Below, one piece after another: positions 49,005 through 59,455 of a stretch of DNA of 64,000 bases. The notes beneath the pieces are model-generated. The model searched no databases. It worked only from the letters and a program-made list of their open reading frames with translations, and was not told the origin of the DNA. The first letter of the stretch is position 1; each line of letters begins with the position of its first letter. Origin of the DNA: Candidatus Tayloriibacteriota bacterium (GTDB lineage Bacteria > Patescibacteriota > Minisyncoccia > Phycocordibacterales > PALSA-1337); assembly GCA_016215455.1 (NCBI GenBank), contig JACRJP010000004.1:21132-85131 (forward strand). The letters run 5' to 3'. The position numbers and the translations under genes were made by a program.

Positions 49005-49541
49005 CTAACCTTTATACTATTGAGATTATGAAATACGTCATGGTAGCCCTCATCATTCTTGCAGGACTTATCGTTGTAGCACTTCTCATCATGTCAGGAC
49101 TTAAGGCTGCATAGGATTGCTTGTTTTTATTCAAAAAATGTGATATATTATTCAACGGAGAGAGCAGTTGGGCCGTTGACATTATGTGCATTGCGCACGT
49201 CACACAGGACCACGTCTTTTTGTTGGGCTGTCATCTTTGATAGCCAAACCGAGGGACTGCACCCCTTCTGAGACACAACGCGTGCCCATAATGCACATTC
49301 GGCTTCGGCTGACGCGATTGGGTTCTTTTCATGATTCGAGCTTTCGTTTGTACGATTGCTCCATATAACACTCGTTTGTTATATGTCATGTTCTTTCTGA
49401 ATTCCTTGGCTCGGCCTTGTGAATTCTTCTGGTCATGATTTCTTTGATTTCACGACCTCCTTATGACCGCCATGTTGCTCACGCACCATGGTTTTGTCTT
49501 TTTATGTAATATAGGCAAATCTCACCTACGACTGCTATACT

Positions 49542-50279
49542 ATGGTCATGTCGTTTGTTGTAAAGCACGAACAATTTGAAGGTCCTCTCGATCTACTTCT
49601 ATCTCTTATTGAAAAGAGAAAGCTTTTTATTAATGATATTTCACTTGCAAAAGTGACTGACGACTACATCAATCACATTAGTCAGTTTGAGAAGAGACCT
49701 CTCAATGAATCAGCCCACTTTATTCTTGTCGCATCAACATTACTTCTCATAAAGTCTCGTTCACTCCTTCCAACCCTTACTCTCACTGAAGATGAAGAGA
49801 AAGATATTCACGATCTCGAAACACGATTGAAGATTTATCAAACAATCAAAGAGGCGAGTGTGCACGTTAAAGCGCTGTTTGGTCAGAAGATGCTCTTCGC
49901 GCCATCACAAGCAAAAAAACGTGATCCTATCTTTTCTCCCGATGCATCAATGACCCTTACCAATATCTCTGAAGCAATGAAAACCATCATTGCCAATCTC
50001 CCTAAAACAGAAGCACAAGTTCCAAAAGCCATCATTCGTAAAGTCATTAGTCTTGAAGAGATGATGGACACACTCACTACTCGCATCACATCAAATCTCA
50101 AGATGTCATTCAAGGATTTTAGTCGTAGTCACCAAGCAGAGAAGGTAAATGTCATTGTTGCTTTTCTTGCGGTACTTGAATTAGTCAAACAGGGAATGGT
50201 CCATGTTAATCAACACGAAGAATTTGGTGATATTCACATGGAAACAAAAGAAATTGGTATTCCGCGTTATAATAACTAG
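49542..50279 (+). CDS. scpA: Segregation and condensation protein A.
   Basis: FEGPLDLLLSLIEKRKL. Confidence 0.9.
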   Translation: MVMSFVVKHEQFEGPLDLLLSLIEKRKLFINDISLAKVTDDYINHISQFEKRPLNESAHFILVASTLLLIKSRSLLPTLTLTEDEEKDIHDLETRLKIYQTIKEASVHVKALFGQKMLFAPSQAKKRDPIFSPDASMTLTNISEAMKTIIANLPKTEAQVPKAIIRKVISLEEMMDTLTTRITSNLKMSFKDFSRSHQAEKVNVIVAFLAVLELVKQGMVHVNQHEEFGDIHMETKEIGIPRYNN

Positions 50280-50284
50280 CACAC

Positions 50285-50857
50285 ATGACTCAACAACTTC
50301 CACTCAACACCCGTATTGAAAGCCTTCTGTTCTGGAAAGCCGAACCTATGACTCTCAAGAAAGTAGCTGAGGCTCTCGATGTATCACTTGATGAAGTAAA
50401 GGCAGCAATCGTCACACTTCGTGAACAACTCAATGGTCGCGGAATCACTCTTATTGAATTTAATGATGAGGTTACTCTTGGTACTGCTCGTAGTATGTCA
50501 GAGGATATTGAGAAATGGACCAAAGAAGAACTCTCTCGTGATCTTGGAAAAGCAGGACTTGAAACACTTGCCATTATTCTGTATCAAGGTCCAATCTCTC
50601 GTGCTGATATCGACTATATACGTGGAGTTAATTCAACATTCATTCTCCGTAATCTTCTCATTCGAGGTCTTGTAGAAAAGGTTTCAAATCCAAAAGACCA
50701 GCGTAGTTTTCTCTATCAAACAACTCTTGAATTACTGTCACATCTCGGTATATCAAAACTTGACGAGCTTCCTGATCTCGAGAAAGTAACAACAACTATC
50801 GCGGCATTCAAAGCGGGAACAGATACTACAACCCCACCTGAACCTCAACAACCCTAA
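50285..50857 (+). CDS. scpB: Segregation and condensation protein B.
   Basis: LESLLFW...EPMTLKKVAE followed by a winged helix. Confidence 0.9.
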   Translation: MTQQLPLNTRIESLLFWKAEPMTLKKVAEALDVSLDEVKAAIVTLREQLNGRGITLIEFNDEVTLGTARSMSEDIEKWTKEELSRDLGKAGLETLAIILYQGPISRADIDYIRGVNSTFILRNLLIRGLVEKVSNPKDQRSFLYQTTLELLSHLGISKLDELPDLEKVTTTIAAFKAGTDTTTPPEPQQP

Positions 50858-50860
50858 ACT

Positions 50861-52780
50861 ATGAACCGTTCTATTTTCTATTTTTTCGGAGGATCACTTC
50901 TTCTCATTATCCTCATCACTTCTTCATCAAAACTACTTGGTGTATATTCACCAAACCAAACAAAGGTATCTGCCTCATCAAAAGTACAAAATTTTCCATA
51001 TCTTAGAGAAAATTCATTACCACCGGTTCTCTCAGCTGAAAATGCTTTTTCATTACTTGTATATAAAAATGCAGCGAAAAATCCTGAAAAGGTTCTCTTT
51101 GAAAAAAATCCTGATCAACGTGTACCTATCGCTTCAGTAACTAAACTTGCAACAGCAAGTGCTGTAATCGAATCAATAGGACCTGAAACACTTATCACTA
51201 TCTCTCCTGATGCAGTAGCACAACCTGAAGGAGCAGGGCAGCTTATACAAGGAGAAGTATATCGACGCGATGAACTTCTACATCCACTTCTTATCGAATC
51301 AAGTAACGATGCTGCATATGCTTTTTCTGAAAAATTAGGTAGTACAAAATTCGTTACTGCAATGAACGCCTTCGCCCAAAGAGCAGGTATGGCATCGACG
51401 ACGTTTGCCAATCCAAGTGGTCTTGATCGGCCAGGACCCAATCTTTCAACAGCGCGTGACGTTGCTCATCTTGCTCAATATTTTTCTCAAAAACATCCTG
51501 ATCTTCTCAAGCTCACCGCCACAAAAACATATACATTCACCACAACAGCAGGAGTAACAAAAACTCTTCGTTCAACAAACGATCTTCTTAATGATACAAG
51601 CGTTCCTTTTACCATTCTCGGTGGCAAGACAGGGGAAACAAAAGCAGCAAAACAAGCACTTGTCATCGTTACGGATTCACCAATTCCTGATACGGTACTC
51701 ATTCATGTTGTCTTGCGTTCTGATAACAGAGAAAGTGACATGCGTACACTCATGAAATGGGTTCGAAATTCATATGTATGGAACAAAGAGGAAGCTTCTC
51801 TACCGACACCAAAGGTATCGGTTGATCCTTTAACAAAATTACAATGGGTAGCAGCAACAACATCAGCTCCTTGGACAGCACGCGACGCTCACTCGATTGC
51901 AATATTCAAAAATACCATGTATCTCATCGGAGGAGTTTTTGGTAATGGACTTGTTGAGAAAAACGGTATGGTGGAATACTGGAATGCTCCGCATGGAAGT
52001 GACATTTGGACAACACCAGATGGTTTCAATTGGAACAAGACAACAGATGTTGCTCCATGGTACAACCGACGTTCCGTGGGAACTATTGTTTTCCAAAATA
52101 AGTTATGGCTCATGGGAGGTTGGAGTCAGTATGATTATAAATATGACAATCGCATCTGGTGGACAGAAGATGGTGTCAAATGGAATCTTGCAACATCAAC
52201 GTCTCCTCGTTGGGAAGGACGTGAGGGTCATACTCTCAATGAATACAACGGCAAACTCTATCTCATGGGTGGTGTTGATTTCGTAAAGAGAATTACCTAC
52301 AACGATGTATGGGAATCGAGTGATGGTATTACCTGGAAACAAGTAACTGCTAATTCCGAATGGACACCTCGTTATGATCACGCTGTTGCTGTTTTTAATA
52401 ACAAACTGTATCTCACGGGAGGACTTCACATTAATACCCACGAAACAGAAAGTGAGGTATGGACTTCAACTGATGGTGCTCATTGGATAAAAAGTACTCC
52501 GGAATGGCCTTCACGCCACGGACATATTTCTCTTGCATTCAAAGATGCTCTCTGGGTCATTGGTGGTTGGCATGAAGGGAAGGGAGCTGAAAACAAAGGA
52601 ATCAATGATACCTGGTTTACTCGCGATGGTCTTCATTGGACAAAGACACAGACTGATGGTCCATGGCTCGGTCGAGAAGATCACATGGGGGATGTATTCC
52701 AAGGTACAATGTGGGTAACAGGTGGAATGGATACTAACGAACATTGGAATAATGACGTTTATTACGCCAAATTTGAATAA
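50861..52780 (+). CDS. D-alanyl-D-alanine carboxypeptidase (PBP5/S11 type) fused to a C-terminal Kelch-repeat beta-propeller.
   Basis: An N-terminal membrane anchor. SxxK is ASVTKL, SxN is ESSNDAA, KTG is GGKTGET. Six Kelch-like repeats follow, for example WTARDAHSIAIFKNTMYLIGG and WTPRYDHAVAVFNNKLYLTGG. Confidence 0.8.
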   Translation: MNRSIFYFFGGSLLLIILITSSSKLLGVYSPNQTKVSASSKVQNFPYLRENSLPPVLSAENAFSLLVYKNAAKNPEKVLFEKNPDQRVPIASVTKLATASAVIESIGPETLITISPDAVAQPEGAGQLIQGEVYRRDELLHPLLIESSNDAAYAFSEKLGSTKFVTAMNAFAQRAGMASTTFANPSGLDRPGPNLSTARDVAHLAQYFSQKHPDLLKLTATKTYTFTTTAGVTKTLRSTNDLLNDTSVPFTILGGKTGETKAAKQALVIVTDSPIPDTVLIHVVLRSDNRESDMRTLMKWVRNSYVWNKEEASLPTPKVSVDPLTKLQWVAATTSAPWTARDAHSIAIFKNTMYLIGGVFGNGLVEKNGMVEYWNAPHGSDIWTTPDGFNWNKTTDVAPWYNRRSVGTIVFQNKLWLMGGWSQYDYKYDNRIWWTEDGVKWNLATSTSPRWEGREGHTLNEYNGKLYLMGGVDFVKRITYNDVWESSDGITWKQVTANSEWTPRYDHAVAVFNNKLYLTGGLHINTHETESEVWTSTDGAHWIKSTPEWPSRHGHISLAFKDALWVIGGWHEGKGAENKGINDTWFTRDGLHWTKTQTDGPWLGREDHMGDVFQGTMWVTGGMDTNEHWNNDVYYAKFE

Positions 52781-52782
52781 AA

Positions 52783-53901
52783 ATGAGCTTAAAATCACAA
52801 CCACGAGCAAAGGGAACCTATATCGATACACCGCTTCTAGCGAGCATTTTAGGCCTTGTTATTGCTGGTTTCTTGGTATTCGTATCAGCATCACTCGGCC
52901 TTCTTGCTCGTGACACTGCTCAGTTTGGCTCAGTTGCCATGAATCAAACTATTAGTCTTATTTTAGGACTTACTTTATTCTGGATCATGAGTCGTGTGAA
53001 TTATCGTTATGTACGAAAGTACGCTTTCTATATTCTTGTTGGGGCACTTCTTTCAAACCTACTTCTCTTTATTCCAGCACTTTCACTACATCACGGAGGA
53101 GCAACACGCTGGCTCGATTTTGGTTTCGTAACCTTCCAACCATCAGAACTTTTGAAAATTGGTTTTATCATTTACGTCGCTGCATGGTTGTCCATGATTA
53201 AAGAAAAAGTTACCACACTTGGATCGGGTATAATTCCTTTCTGTATTCTTCTTGGAATCCTGAGTGTACTTCTCCTCATCCAATCAGATACCAACACACT
53301 TGCAGTGGTGGCATTTACCGGTATCTGTATGCTCTATGCTGCTGGAGCGAAACTTCGCCATATTGCTATTATTATTTTTATAGGGATTGCAGGAATCGCA
53401 ATGGTCGCTATGCTTCGACCTTACGCCCAGCAACGTATCATGACCTTCTTAAATCCTGCGAATGATCCACAAGGAGCGGGTTATCAAATCCAACAATCTC
53501 TCATTGCTATTGGTTCAGGTGGGATGTGGGGACGAGGATTCGGTCAAAGTGTCCAGAAGTTTGAATATCTTCCTGAACCAATTGGAGATTCCATTTTTGC
53601 AGTACAAGCAGAGGAGTTCGGATTCATTGGAAGTACGGTCCTTGTTCTCCTATTTGTATTCTTTGCTGTCCGATCTTTGAAAATTGCTTCCAATACCGAA
53701 GACTCCTTTGGTGGACTCTTTGTGATTGGACTTGTTATACTTATCATCACCGGATCATTCATCAATATCGGTGCGATGCTCGGACTTGTTCCACTGACCG
53801 GAAAACCACTGTTGTTTGTAAGTCATGGAGGAAGTGCCTTAATGATTATCCTCGCAAGTGTCGGTATCATCGCAAATATTTCAAAACACCAAAAATCATG
53901 A
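52783..53901 (+). CDS. ftsW: SEDS-family peptidoglycan glycosyltransferase (FtsW/RodA).
   Basis: Polytopic, with conserved SEDS motifs, and located directly upstream of murG. Confidence 0.9.
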   Translation: MSLKSQPRAKGTYIDTPLLASILGLVIAGFLVFVSASLGLLARDTAQFGSVAMNQTISLILGLTLFWIMSRVNYRYVRKYAFYILVGALLSNLLLFIPALSLHHGGATRWLDFGFVTFQPSELLKIGFIIYVAAWLSMIKEKVTTLGSGIIPFCILLGILSVLLLIQSDTNTLAVVAFTGICMLYAAGAKLRHIAIIIFIGIAGIAMVAMLRPYAQQRIMTFLNPANDPQGAGYQIQQSLIAIGSGGMWGRGFGQSVQKFEYLPEPIGDSIFAVQAEEFGFIGSTVLVLLFVFFAVRSLKIASNTEDSFGGLFVIGLVILIITGSFINIGAMLGLVPLTGKPLLFVSHGGSALMIILASVGIIANISKHQKS

Positions 53902-55025
53902 AAATACTTTTTACAGGAGGCGGTACCGGAGGACACTTCTATCCCATCATAGCGATCACTGAAGCTCTACGAGAACGAGCAAAGAATCAAAAGATTCTTA
54001 TGCCAGAACTCTATTACATGGCGCCGACGGAGTACAATCCACGGGCTCTGTTTGATAATGAACTTATTTTCGTCCCTGTTACAGCAGGGAAGATACGTCG
54101 TTATTTTTCTCTGCTCAATTTCTTCGATCTTTTCAAAACAGCCTGGGGAGTATGTTCTGCTCTATCAAGTCTCTATAAAATATATCCTGATGTTGTTTTT
54201 GGAAAAGGTGGCTATGCAAGTTTTCCAACACTTTTTGCAGCACGGCTTCTCCGTATTCCGGTTGTCATCCATGAATCAGACAGTGTTCCTGGACGAGTTA
54301 ATACATGGGCAGGAAAATTTGCTCGAAAAATCGCTATCTCATATCCGGAAGCTGCTCAATACTTCAAGAACAAAGATAGAGTTGCTTTCACGGGTAATCC
54401 AATACGTAAAGAAATAATCGCACCTCTTTCAAATGGTGCTCATGAATTCCTTGGACTCGAACAAGGTATTCCAACAATCCTTGTCCTTGGAGGTTCTCAA
54501 GGATCTCAGGTTATCAATGATGCAATCGTTGAAAGTCTCCCCAAACTTCTCGAAAACTATCAAGTCATTCACCAGACAGGAAAAAATAACTACAAAGCAG
54601 TTGAACAATTGGTGAAACTTATTCTCGATAAGGATCCAAACATTGGTCGTTACAAATCATTTGATTACCTCAACGACCTTGCTCTTCGTATGTCAGCTGG
54701 TATTGCTGATGTTGTAATATCACGTGCTGGTTCAACAATATTTGAAATAGCAGCATGGGGAGTTCCTTCAATCATCATTCCTCTATCAGAGAAAATCAGT
54801 CACGATCAGACAAAAAATGCTTTTGCATATGCTCGTTCTGGAGCGTGTATGGTTATCGAAGAACAGAATATTAGTGATACTGTCCTTACGTATGAAATAG
54901 ATACTCTCATCAAAAATACAGAACTCCGCACAAAGATGAAAGATGCTGCTCATAAATTTTCTCGACTCGATAGTGCTGATATCATTGCTCAAGCACTTCT
55001 CGAAATTGCACTCGAACACGAATAG
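53898..55025 (+). CDS. murG: UDP-N-acetylglucosamine--N-acetylmuramyl-(pentapeptide) pyrophosphoryl-undecaprenol N-acetylglucosamine transferase.
   Basis: ILFTGGGTGGHFYP and LVLGGSQGS. It overlaps ftsW by 4 nt. Confidence 0.93.
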   Translation: MKILFTGGGTGGHFYPIIAITEALRERAKNQKILMPELYYMAPTEYNPRALFDNELIFVPVTAGKIRRYFSLLNFFDLFKTAWGVCSALSSLYKIYPDVVFGKGGYASFPTLFAARLLRIPVVIHESDSVPGRVNTWAGKFARKIAISYPEAAQYFKNKDRVAFTGNPIRKEIIAPLSNGAHEFLGLEQGIPTILVLGGSQGSQVINDAIVESLPKLLENYQVIHQTGKNNYKAVEQLVKLILDKDPNIGRYKSFDYLNDLALRMSAGIADVVISRAGSTIFEIAAWGVPSIIIPLSEKISHDQTKNAFAYARSGACMVIEEQNISDTVLTYEIDTLIKNTELRTKMKDAAHKFSRLDSADIIAQALLEIALEHE

Positions 55026-55410
55026 AAGAATAAAAAGGCACACAAGTCAGACGATGGGTCTCTTTAACGGTCCCGATCATCACGTGACGGATACCGTCGC
55101 CGTGGACGCTGACAGATCCAGAGAAAACCAATGACCAAGAGCCCTACGACATCGAGGATTCTCACCACATTGGTGGTCTCTGCAAGATCTTGAGGAGTAA
55201 AAACCCCAGCAACTTTGTCAGCAAAAAGAAAGACCAGCACTAACACCGTCCACGCTATCCGAAAAAAAATACGCATACCTGTAAAAAAGGGAGGGATAAT
55301 GAATCTGTCGTATATTATGACATATAAAATATAGATAAGTCAACAATGACACCTCGACGACGTAGCGTGCTATAATAGAGACCTTACCAGCTAATTTAAA
55401 TATTTTAAAT

Positions 55411-55911
55411 ATGCAACCAAATAATTCGGGCATCAAACCATGGCAATGGACAGTGACAATCATTGTCATCATTGCCCTCATTGTATTGGGTGTATTTGTG
55501 GCTACACGAAATGACGATACGGAAACGACTAACGACCAGCAACCAGCTCAACCACAAATCGCTCAGGAAAGTAATCGTCTTGTTGTTACCGATCAATTTC
55601 CAGGAAATATCGTGTACATAACAACTGTGCAGCTTGCTCAAGATGGCTTTGTTGTCATCCACAAAGATAACGCTGGTGCACCCGGTGCTGTAATCGGTAG
55701 TGTCTATTTCCCAAAGGGAATAGGTCCTACTAAAGTTACCCTTACAGAAAAAACGGTTGATGGTGGTACTTACTATGCAATGCTCCACAGTGATAGTAAT
55801 GCGGATAAACAATTCTCTGAAACAACAGACGCAACTCTCAAAGATACAAAGGGAATGGTTATCATGAAGTCTTTCAAGGCTCGTCTTGATCTTCCCGAAG
55901 ACAAAGGTTAG
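55411..55911 (+). CDS. Membrane-anchored hypothetical protein.
   Basis: One N-terminal TM (WTVTIIVIIALIVLGVFVA) and an extracytoplasmic domain of about 120 aa. Confidence 0.55.
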   Translation: MQPNNSGIKPWQWTVTIIVIIALIVLGVFVATRNDDTETTNDQQPAQPQIAQESNRLVVTDQFPGNIVYITTVQLAQDGFVVIHKDNAGAPGAVIGSVYFPKGIGPTKVTLTEKTVDGGTYYAMLHSDSNADKQFSETTDATLKDTKGMVIMKSFKARLDLPEDKG

Positions 55912-56007
55912 AGCGTAGAGCAAAAAGGGAAGTGACTCCCCCAACTCACCCATAAAAAGGGTGAGTTTTGCATGGTATACTTGAGAGCGTTTCTACTGAT
56001 ATATTTC

Positions 56008-57312
56008 ATGAAAATATCCACTCCAACATTACAAATTATCATCACTTGTATTCTTCTTGCAGGTATCGCTCTGAGTCAATCGTTACTTCCACACACAGAA
56101 ATAGCTCGAGCTCAATCGGTTGATGAATTGAAACAAAAGATCGATACGAGTGCAGCGAATATCAAGAAACTTGAGGAGGAAATCGCTCATTATCAAACAC
56201 AACTTACCGAAACAAGTAAGCAAGCAAACACCCTCCAAAATACCATCAAAACTCTCGATATCTCAAAAAAGAAACTTCAGACTGACATTACTCTCACACA
56301 AGGGAAAATAAGTCTTACGAGTAGTCAGATACAGCAACTCAATAAGGATATTATTGCAAAAGAAAATCAGATTGGTAAAAACTTCGACTCTGTAGGGGTG
56401 AGCCTTCGTAGTATTTACAAAGATAGTTCTGAGAGTGTCGTGGAATCGTTATTAGGTGCTGATACTCTTGCAGGATTTACAAGTAACATCGAAACTCTTT
56501 CTCGACTTCAGGTTGAGGTTCGTAATCATATTGATGAACTTACTGAATACAAAAAAGATCTTGAGCGCTCAAAGAAATCTCTTGAGGGCAAGAAACAAGA
56601 TCTAGTACTCTATACTAATGATTTAAGTGATCAGAAACGTCTCGTTGAAAACACAACACAAGAAAAAGCTTCTATTCTGACTCAGACAAAAAACCAAGAG
56701 TCTGCATATAAAACAATTCTAAAAAATAAACAGTTACAAAAAGAACAGTTTGAAAAAGAAATGTTCGCATACGAATCTGCACTTAAGATTGCTGTTGACC
56801 CTAATAGTATTCCTTCAGCTGGTACTGGAGTGCTTTCATGGCCTCTAGCTAAGGTTATCATTACCCAGTATTTCGGTAATACTTCTTTTGCAACAAAAAA
56901 TCCTCAAATCTACAACGGTAAAGGCCACACTGGTGTCGACTTTGGAGCTCCAACTGGTACGAAAGTAAATGCTGCTCTCACAGGTATTGTCACCGGTACT
57001 GGTAACACTGACGAAATCCGTGGGTGCTATTCATATGGTAAATGGGTCTTCATTAAACATCCAAACGGTCTATCAACCCTATACGCACACCTTTCACTCA
57101 TCAGTGTCAAAGTCGGTGATGTTGTCGCCACAGGTCAATTGATTGGATACAGTGGTAATACCGGCTACTCTACAGGTCCACACCTTCATTTCGGTGTATA
57201 TGCAACCCAAGGTGTGCGCATTACTCGATTTGAGAATAGTGTGAATTGTAAAGGTGCACTCATTCCACTTGCTGATCCAACCGCATACCTTAATCCACTG
57301 TCATTCCTTTAA
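56008..57312 (+). CDS. M23-family peptidoglycan metalloendopeptidase with an N-terminal coiled coil (EnvC/LytM-like).
   Basis: A signal or TM segment, a long coiled coil, then HTGVDFGAP...HLHFGVY for the LytM domain. The track start is 55972. Confidence 0.85.
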   Translation: MKISTPTLQIIITCILLAGIALSQSLLPHTEIARAQSVDELKQKIDTSAANIKKLEEEIAHYQTQLTETSKQANTLQNTIKTLDISKKKLQTDITLTQGKISLTSSQIQQLNKDIIAKENQIGKNFDSVGVSLRSIYKDSSESVVESLLGADTLAGFTSNIETLSRLQVEVRNHIDELTEYKKDLERSKKSLEGKKQDLVLYTNDLSDQKRLVENTTQEKASILTQTKNQESAYKTILKNKQLQKEQFEKEMFAYESALKIAVDPNSIPSAGTGVLSWPLAKVIITQYFGNTSFATKNPQIYNGKGHTGVDFGAPTGTKVNAALTGIVTGTGNTDEIRGCYSYGKWVFIKHPNGLSTLYAHLSLISVKVGDVVATGQLIGYSGNTGYSTGPHLHFGVYATQGVRITRFENSVNCKGALIPLADPTAYLNPLSFL

Positions 57313-57342
57313 TTAGACTTCAAGGCGGGCTATAATAGTCAT

Positions 57343-57666
57343 ATGAAAAATTTAGTTCGCGGAAGTATTCTTCGCACCGTCCTTATCGTCGTAGGTATCA
57401 TCCTCGTCATTAGTTATTTTGGTTTTGATCTAAAAGGAATCGTAGAATCTCCTCAGAGTCAGAAAAACTTCTCGTATGTGACCACTCATGTCGTAGAATT
57501 CTGGAATAAATATCTCGAACGACCAGCAAAGTACGTATGGAATGATGTCTTCATAAAACTAATCTGGAATACCGCAATAGAAAACTTAGAAAATATTCGT
57601 GATAAGAAACCAACAACGATCGAAAACCAGGGTCCAGCACTACCAGTAGCACCAAAAGTAAACTAG
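57343..57666 (+). CDS. Small membrane protein of 107 aa.
   Basis: N-terminal TM ILRTVLIVVGIILVISYFGF. Confidence 0.45.
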   Translation: MKNLVRGSILRTVLIVVGIILVISYFGFDLKGIVESPQSQKNFSYVTTHVVEFWNKYLERPAKYVWNDVFIKLIWNTAIENLENIRDKKPTTIENQGPALPVAPKVN

Positions 57667-57688
57667 TATCGTAAATAAAAAATCATCA

Positions 57689-57716
57689 AACCATGCCACT
57701 ATGCGTGGTTTTTTGA
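57689..57716. terminator. Bidirectional intrinsic terminator.
   Basis: Stem AACCATGC/GCGTGGTT with one G-T wobble, followed by TTTTTT. It sits between convergent genes. Confidence 0.55.
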
Positions 57717-57718
57717 TA

Positions 57719-58333
57719 TCAAAACAAAGGTTCAACCATTCGACTTCTTCTCTTGGGTTTTTTCGGCTCCTTCGGAAGGTCTTTCTTGAGGATACCGAAC
57801 CTCTCGATGGTTCTCATGAAGAACGAGTCTTCACCTGGCGCAAACGGCTTGTTAATGCGAACCTTATCGGAAGTCTCGAGGATTGATTCTGCTTCAGGCC
57901 GCAGCGGAGCAATACCGAGCATACAGGCGCCCCAATACTGAAAATGAGGACAACGAATCTGGAATGTGGTGCAACCCTTGTCTCCACACCAATACACAGT
58001 AGGTCGTGCAACAACAGAGTGCACAAGAATTCCTTGAGCATCATGAGGTGTAACGAATTCCTGAAACGCCATCACCACGAGTTGTGGTGAACCGTCTTCC
58101 CATGTTCCAAGATACCGAGTGATGTCTGGAAATATCAGAGGTGCCAAATGATAGTGGATCGAAAGCTCGATATCTTTCGCCCCGTTATGCTCCTCAAAAT
58201 ACTTCGGGCGAAGCTTTTTGGGTAATTGATCAAATCTCCAATTGGGATATATAGCCTGCTTCTGTGTCAGCCACTCAGGGTAAGTGAAGAATGGAAATCT
58301 ACACACCAACGGAGGATATTTTGTGGACGGCAT
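57719..58333 (-). CDS. Hypothetical Cys-containing protein in a GC-richer segment.
   Basis: 204 aa ORF with CGDKGC...C and no recognised domain. Confidence 0.45.
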   Translation of the reverse strand: MPSTKYPPLVCRFPFFTYPEWLTQKQAIYPNWRFDQLPKKLRPKYFEEHNGAKDIELSIHYHLAPLIFPDITRYLGTWEDGSPQLVVMAFQEFVTPHDAQGILVHSVVARPTVYWCGDKGCTTFQIRCPHFQYWGACMLGIAPLRPEAESILETSDKVRINKPFAPGEDSFFMRTIERFGILKKDLPKEPKKPKRRSRMVEPLF

Positions 58334-58702
58334 AATCTTTTGTCGAAATGTGAAGGGAAGGGGAAGTACCCTTCCGGTGGTCTAAATTTAGACTATCGAT
58401 GAATCAGTTGAATGTCAACAAATATACCAAGAGTAAATTTTGAGAGGTAAGTAGAATGATTACTTACATTAGTTTTAATTAAAATAAAAATTGTTTCAGA
58501 AATAAATAACAGGAATGAATACAGTTATTAAATAATACCAATCAAGACATTACCGGCCTTTCTTATATATAGAACATGTCGTAAAAGATATATTGTACGA
58601 CATTACTATATAAGGAAGCTGGCTGGTTAATTCAGCTCCTAATACTGCCCCTTTCTGTTTCGTTCAGACTATTTTTTGCTTTTGTATAGAATACATACAT
58701 AA

Positions 58703-58735
58703 CAAAAACCACGACCTTGCGATCGTGGTTTTTGT
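58703..58735. terminator. Bidirectional intrinsic terminator.
   Basis: AAAAACCACGA-ccttgcga-TCGTGGTTTTTGTT. Confidence 0.65.
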
Positions 58736-58754
58736 TATGTATTAGAGTTATAAA

Positions 58755-59246
58755 TTACTTGTTCGCAATCGCTAAAGGATGCTGTGAAAGTGCTGCCACT
58801 TTCTTACCCCAACATGGCTTTGAAGCGTTCCATGGGGTTGAACCCTGCTTACCATAGAGGTACTTAGCATACGCCAAGTTACCTTCTACTGTACGAATAT
58901 CGAAACCGAGTTTAGTAGCTTGATCATCATGGTAACGTTCGTTGATTTGCATCACACCAACGTCAGTAGGATCAACCATACCTCGAACGACACGCCCCTT
59001 CTTATCGTAGTGCATAAATGTGGATTCACACTTAGCAATCTCAACAAGAGCAGGAGTATCTGCGAAATAAACTCGGAGATAAGCTTCAAGCGTCATAGCT
59101 TGAGTAGTAGTGGCTGCTGCGACAATTGGAGTTGTGACAGTAGCGAGTGTTTTAATTTGAATGTCCTTAGCAATATCAGCATCTGTTGTAGTTGCTCCGA
59201 CAATTGATGACGTGAGCAACGCAATACCGGTCATAAGTTCAATCAT
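58755..59246 (-). CDS. Secreted lysozyme-like (lytic transglycosylase fold) protein.
   Basis: An N-terminal hydrophobic signal, AKCESTF with a catalytic Glu context, and VGVMQIN, which together resemble the SLT/GEWL core. This is a tentative call. Confidence 0.45.
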   Translation of the reverse strand: MIELMTGIALLTSSIVGATTTDADIAKDIQIKTLATVTTPIVAAATTTQAMTLEAYLRVYFADTPALVEIAKCESTFMHYDKKGRVVRGMVDPTDVGVMQINERYHDDQATKLGFDIRTVEGNLAYAKYLYGKQGSTPWNASKPCWGKKVAALSQHPLAIANK

Positions 59247-59455
59247 AAATTTAAAATCAGGTATTCGTAACTTAACGTTACTTGTACCTGATTACGTAGA
59301 TAATATTAGCACTTTTAGAAAGCATTGTCAAGTATTTTTACTGATAAAATATGTAATATATGGCTCTATATAGCTGTATTATTTAAGTTATGATTAGGCC
59401 ATATTTTAGAGCTTTTAGCAAAAGGGTGGCTTTTTAGCATCTAACTCCCCTATCC

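Noticed and set aside
49115-49541. Structured RNA gene (RNase P, tmRNA or 6S) between trpS and scpA.
   Set aside because: No diagnostic conserved motifs were found by eye. It is retained as a low-interest finding only.
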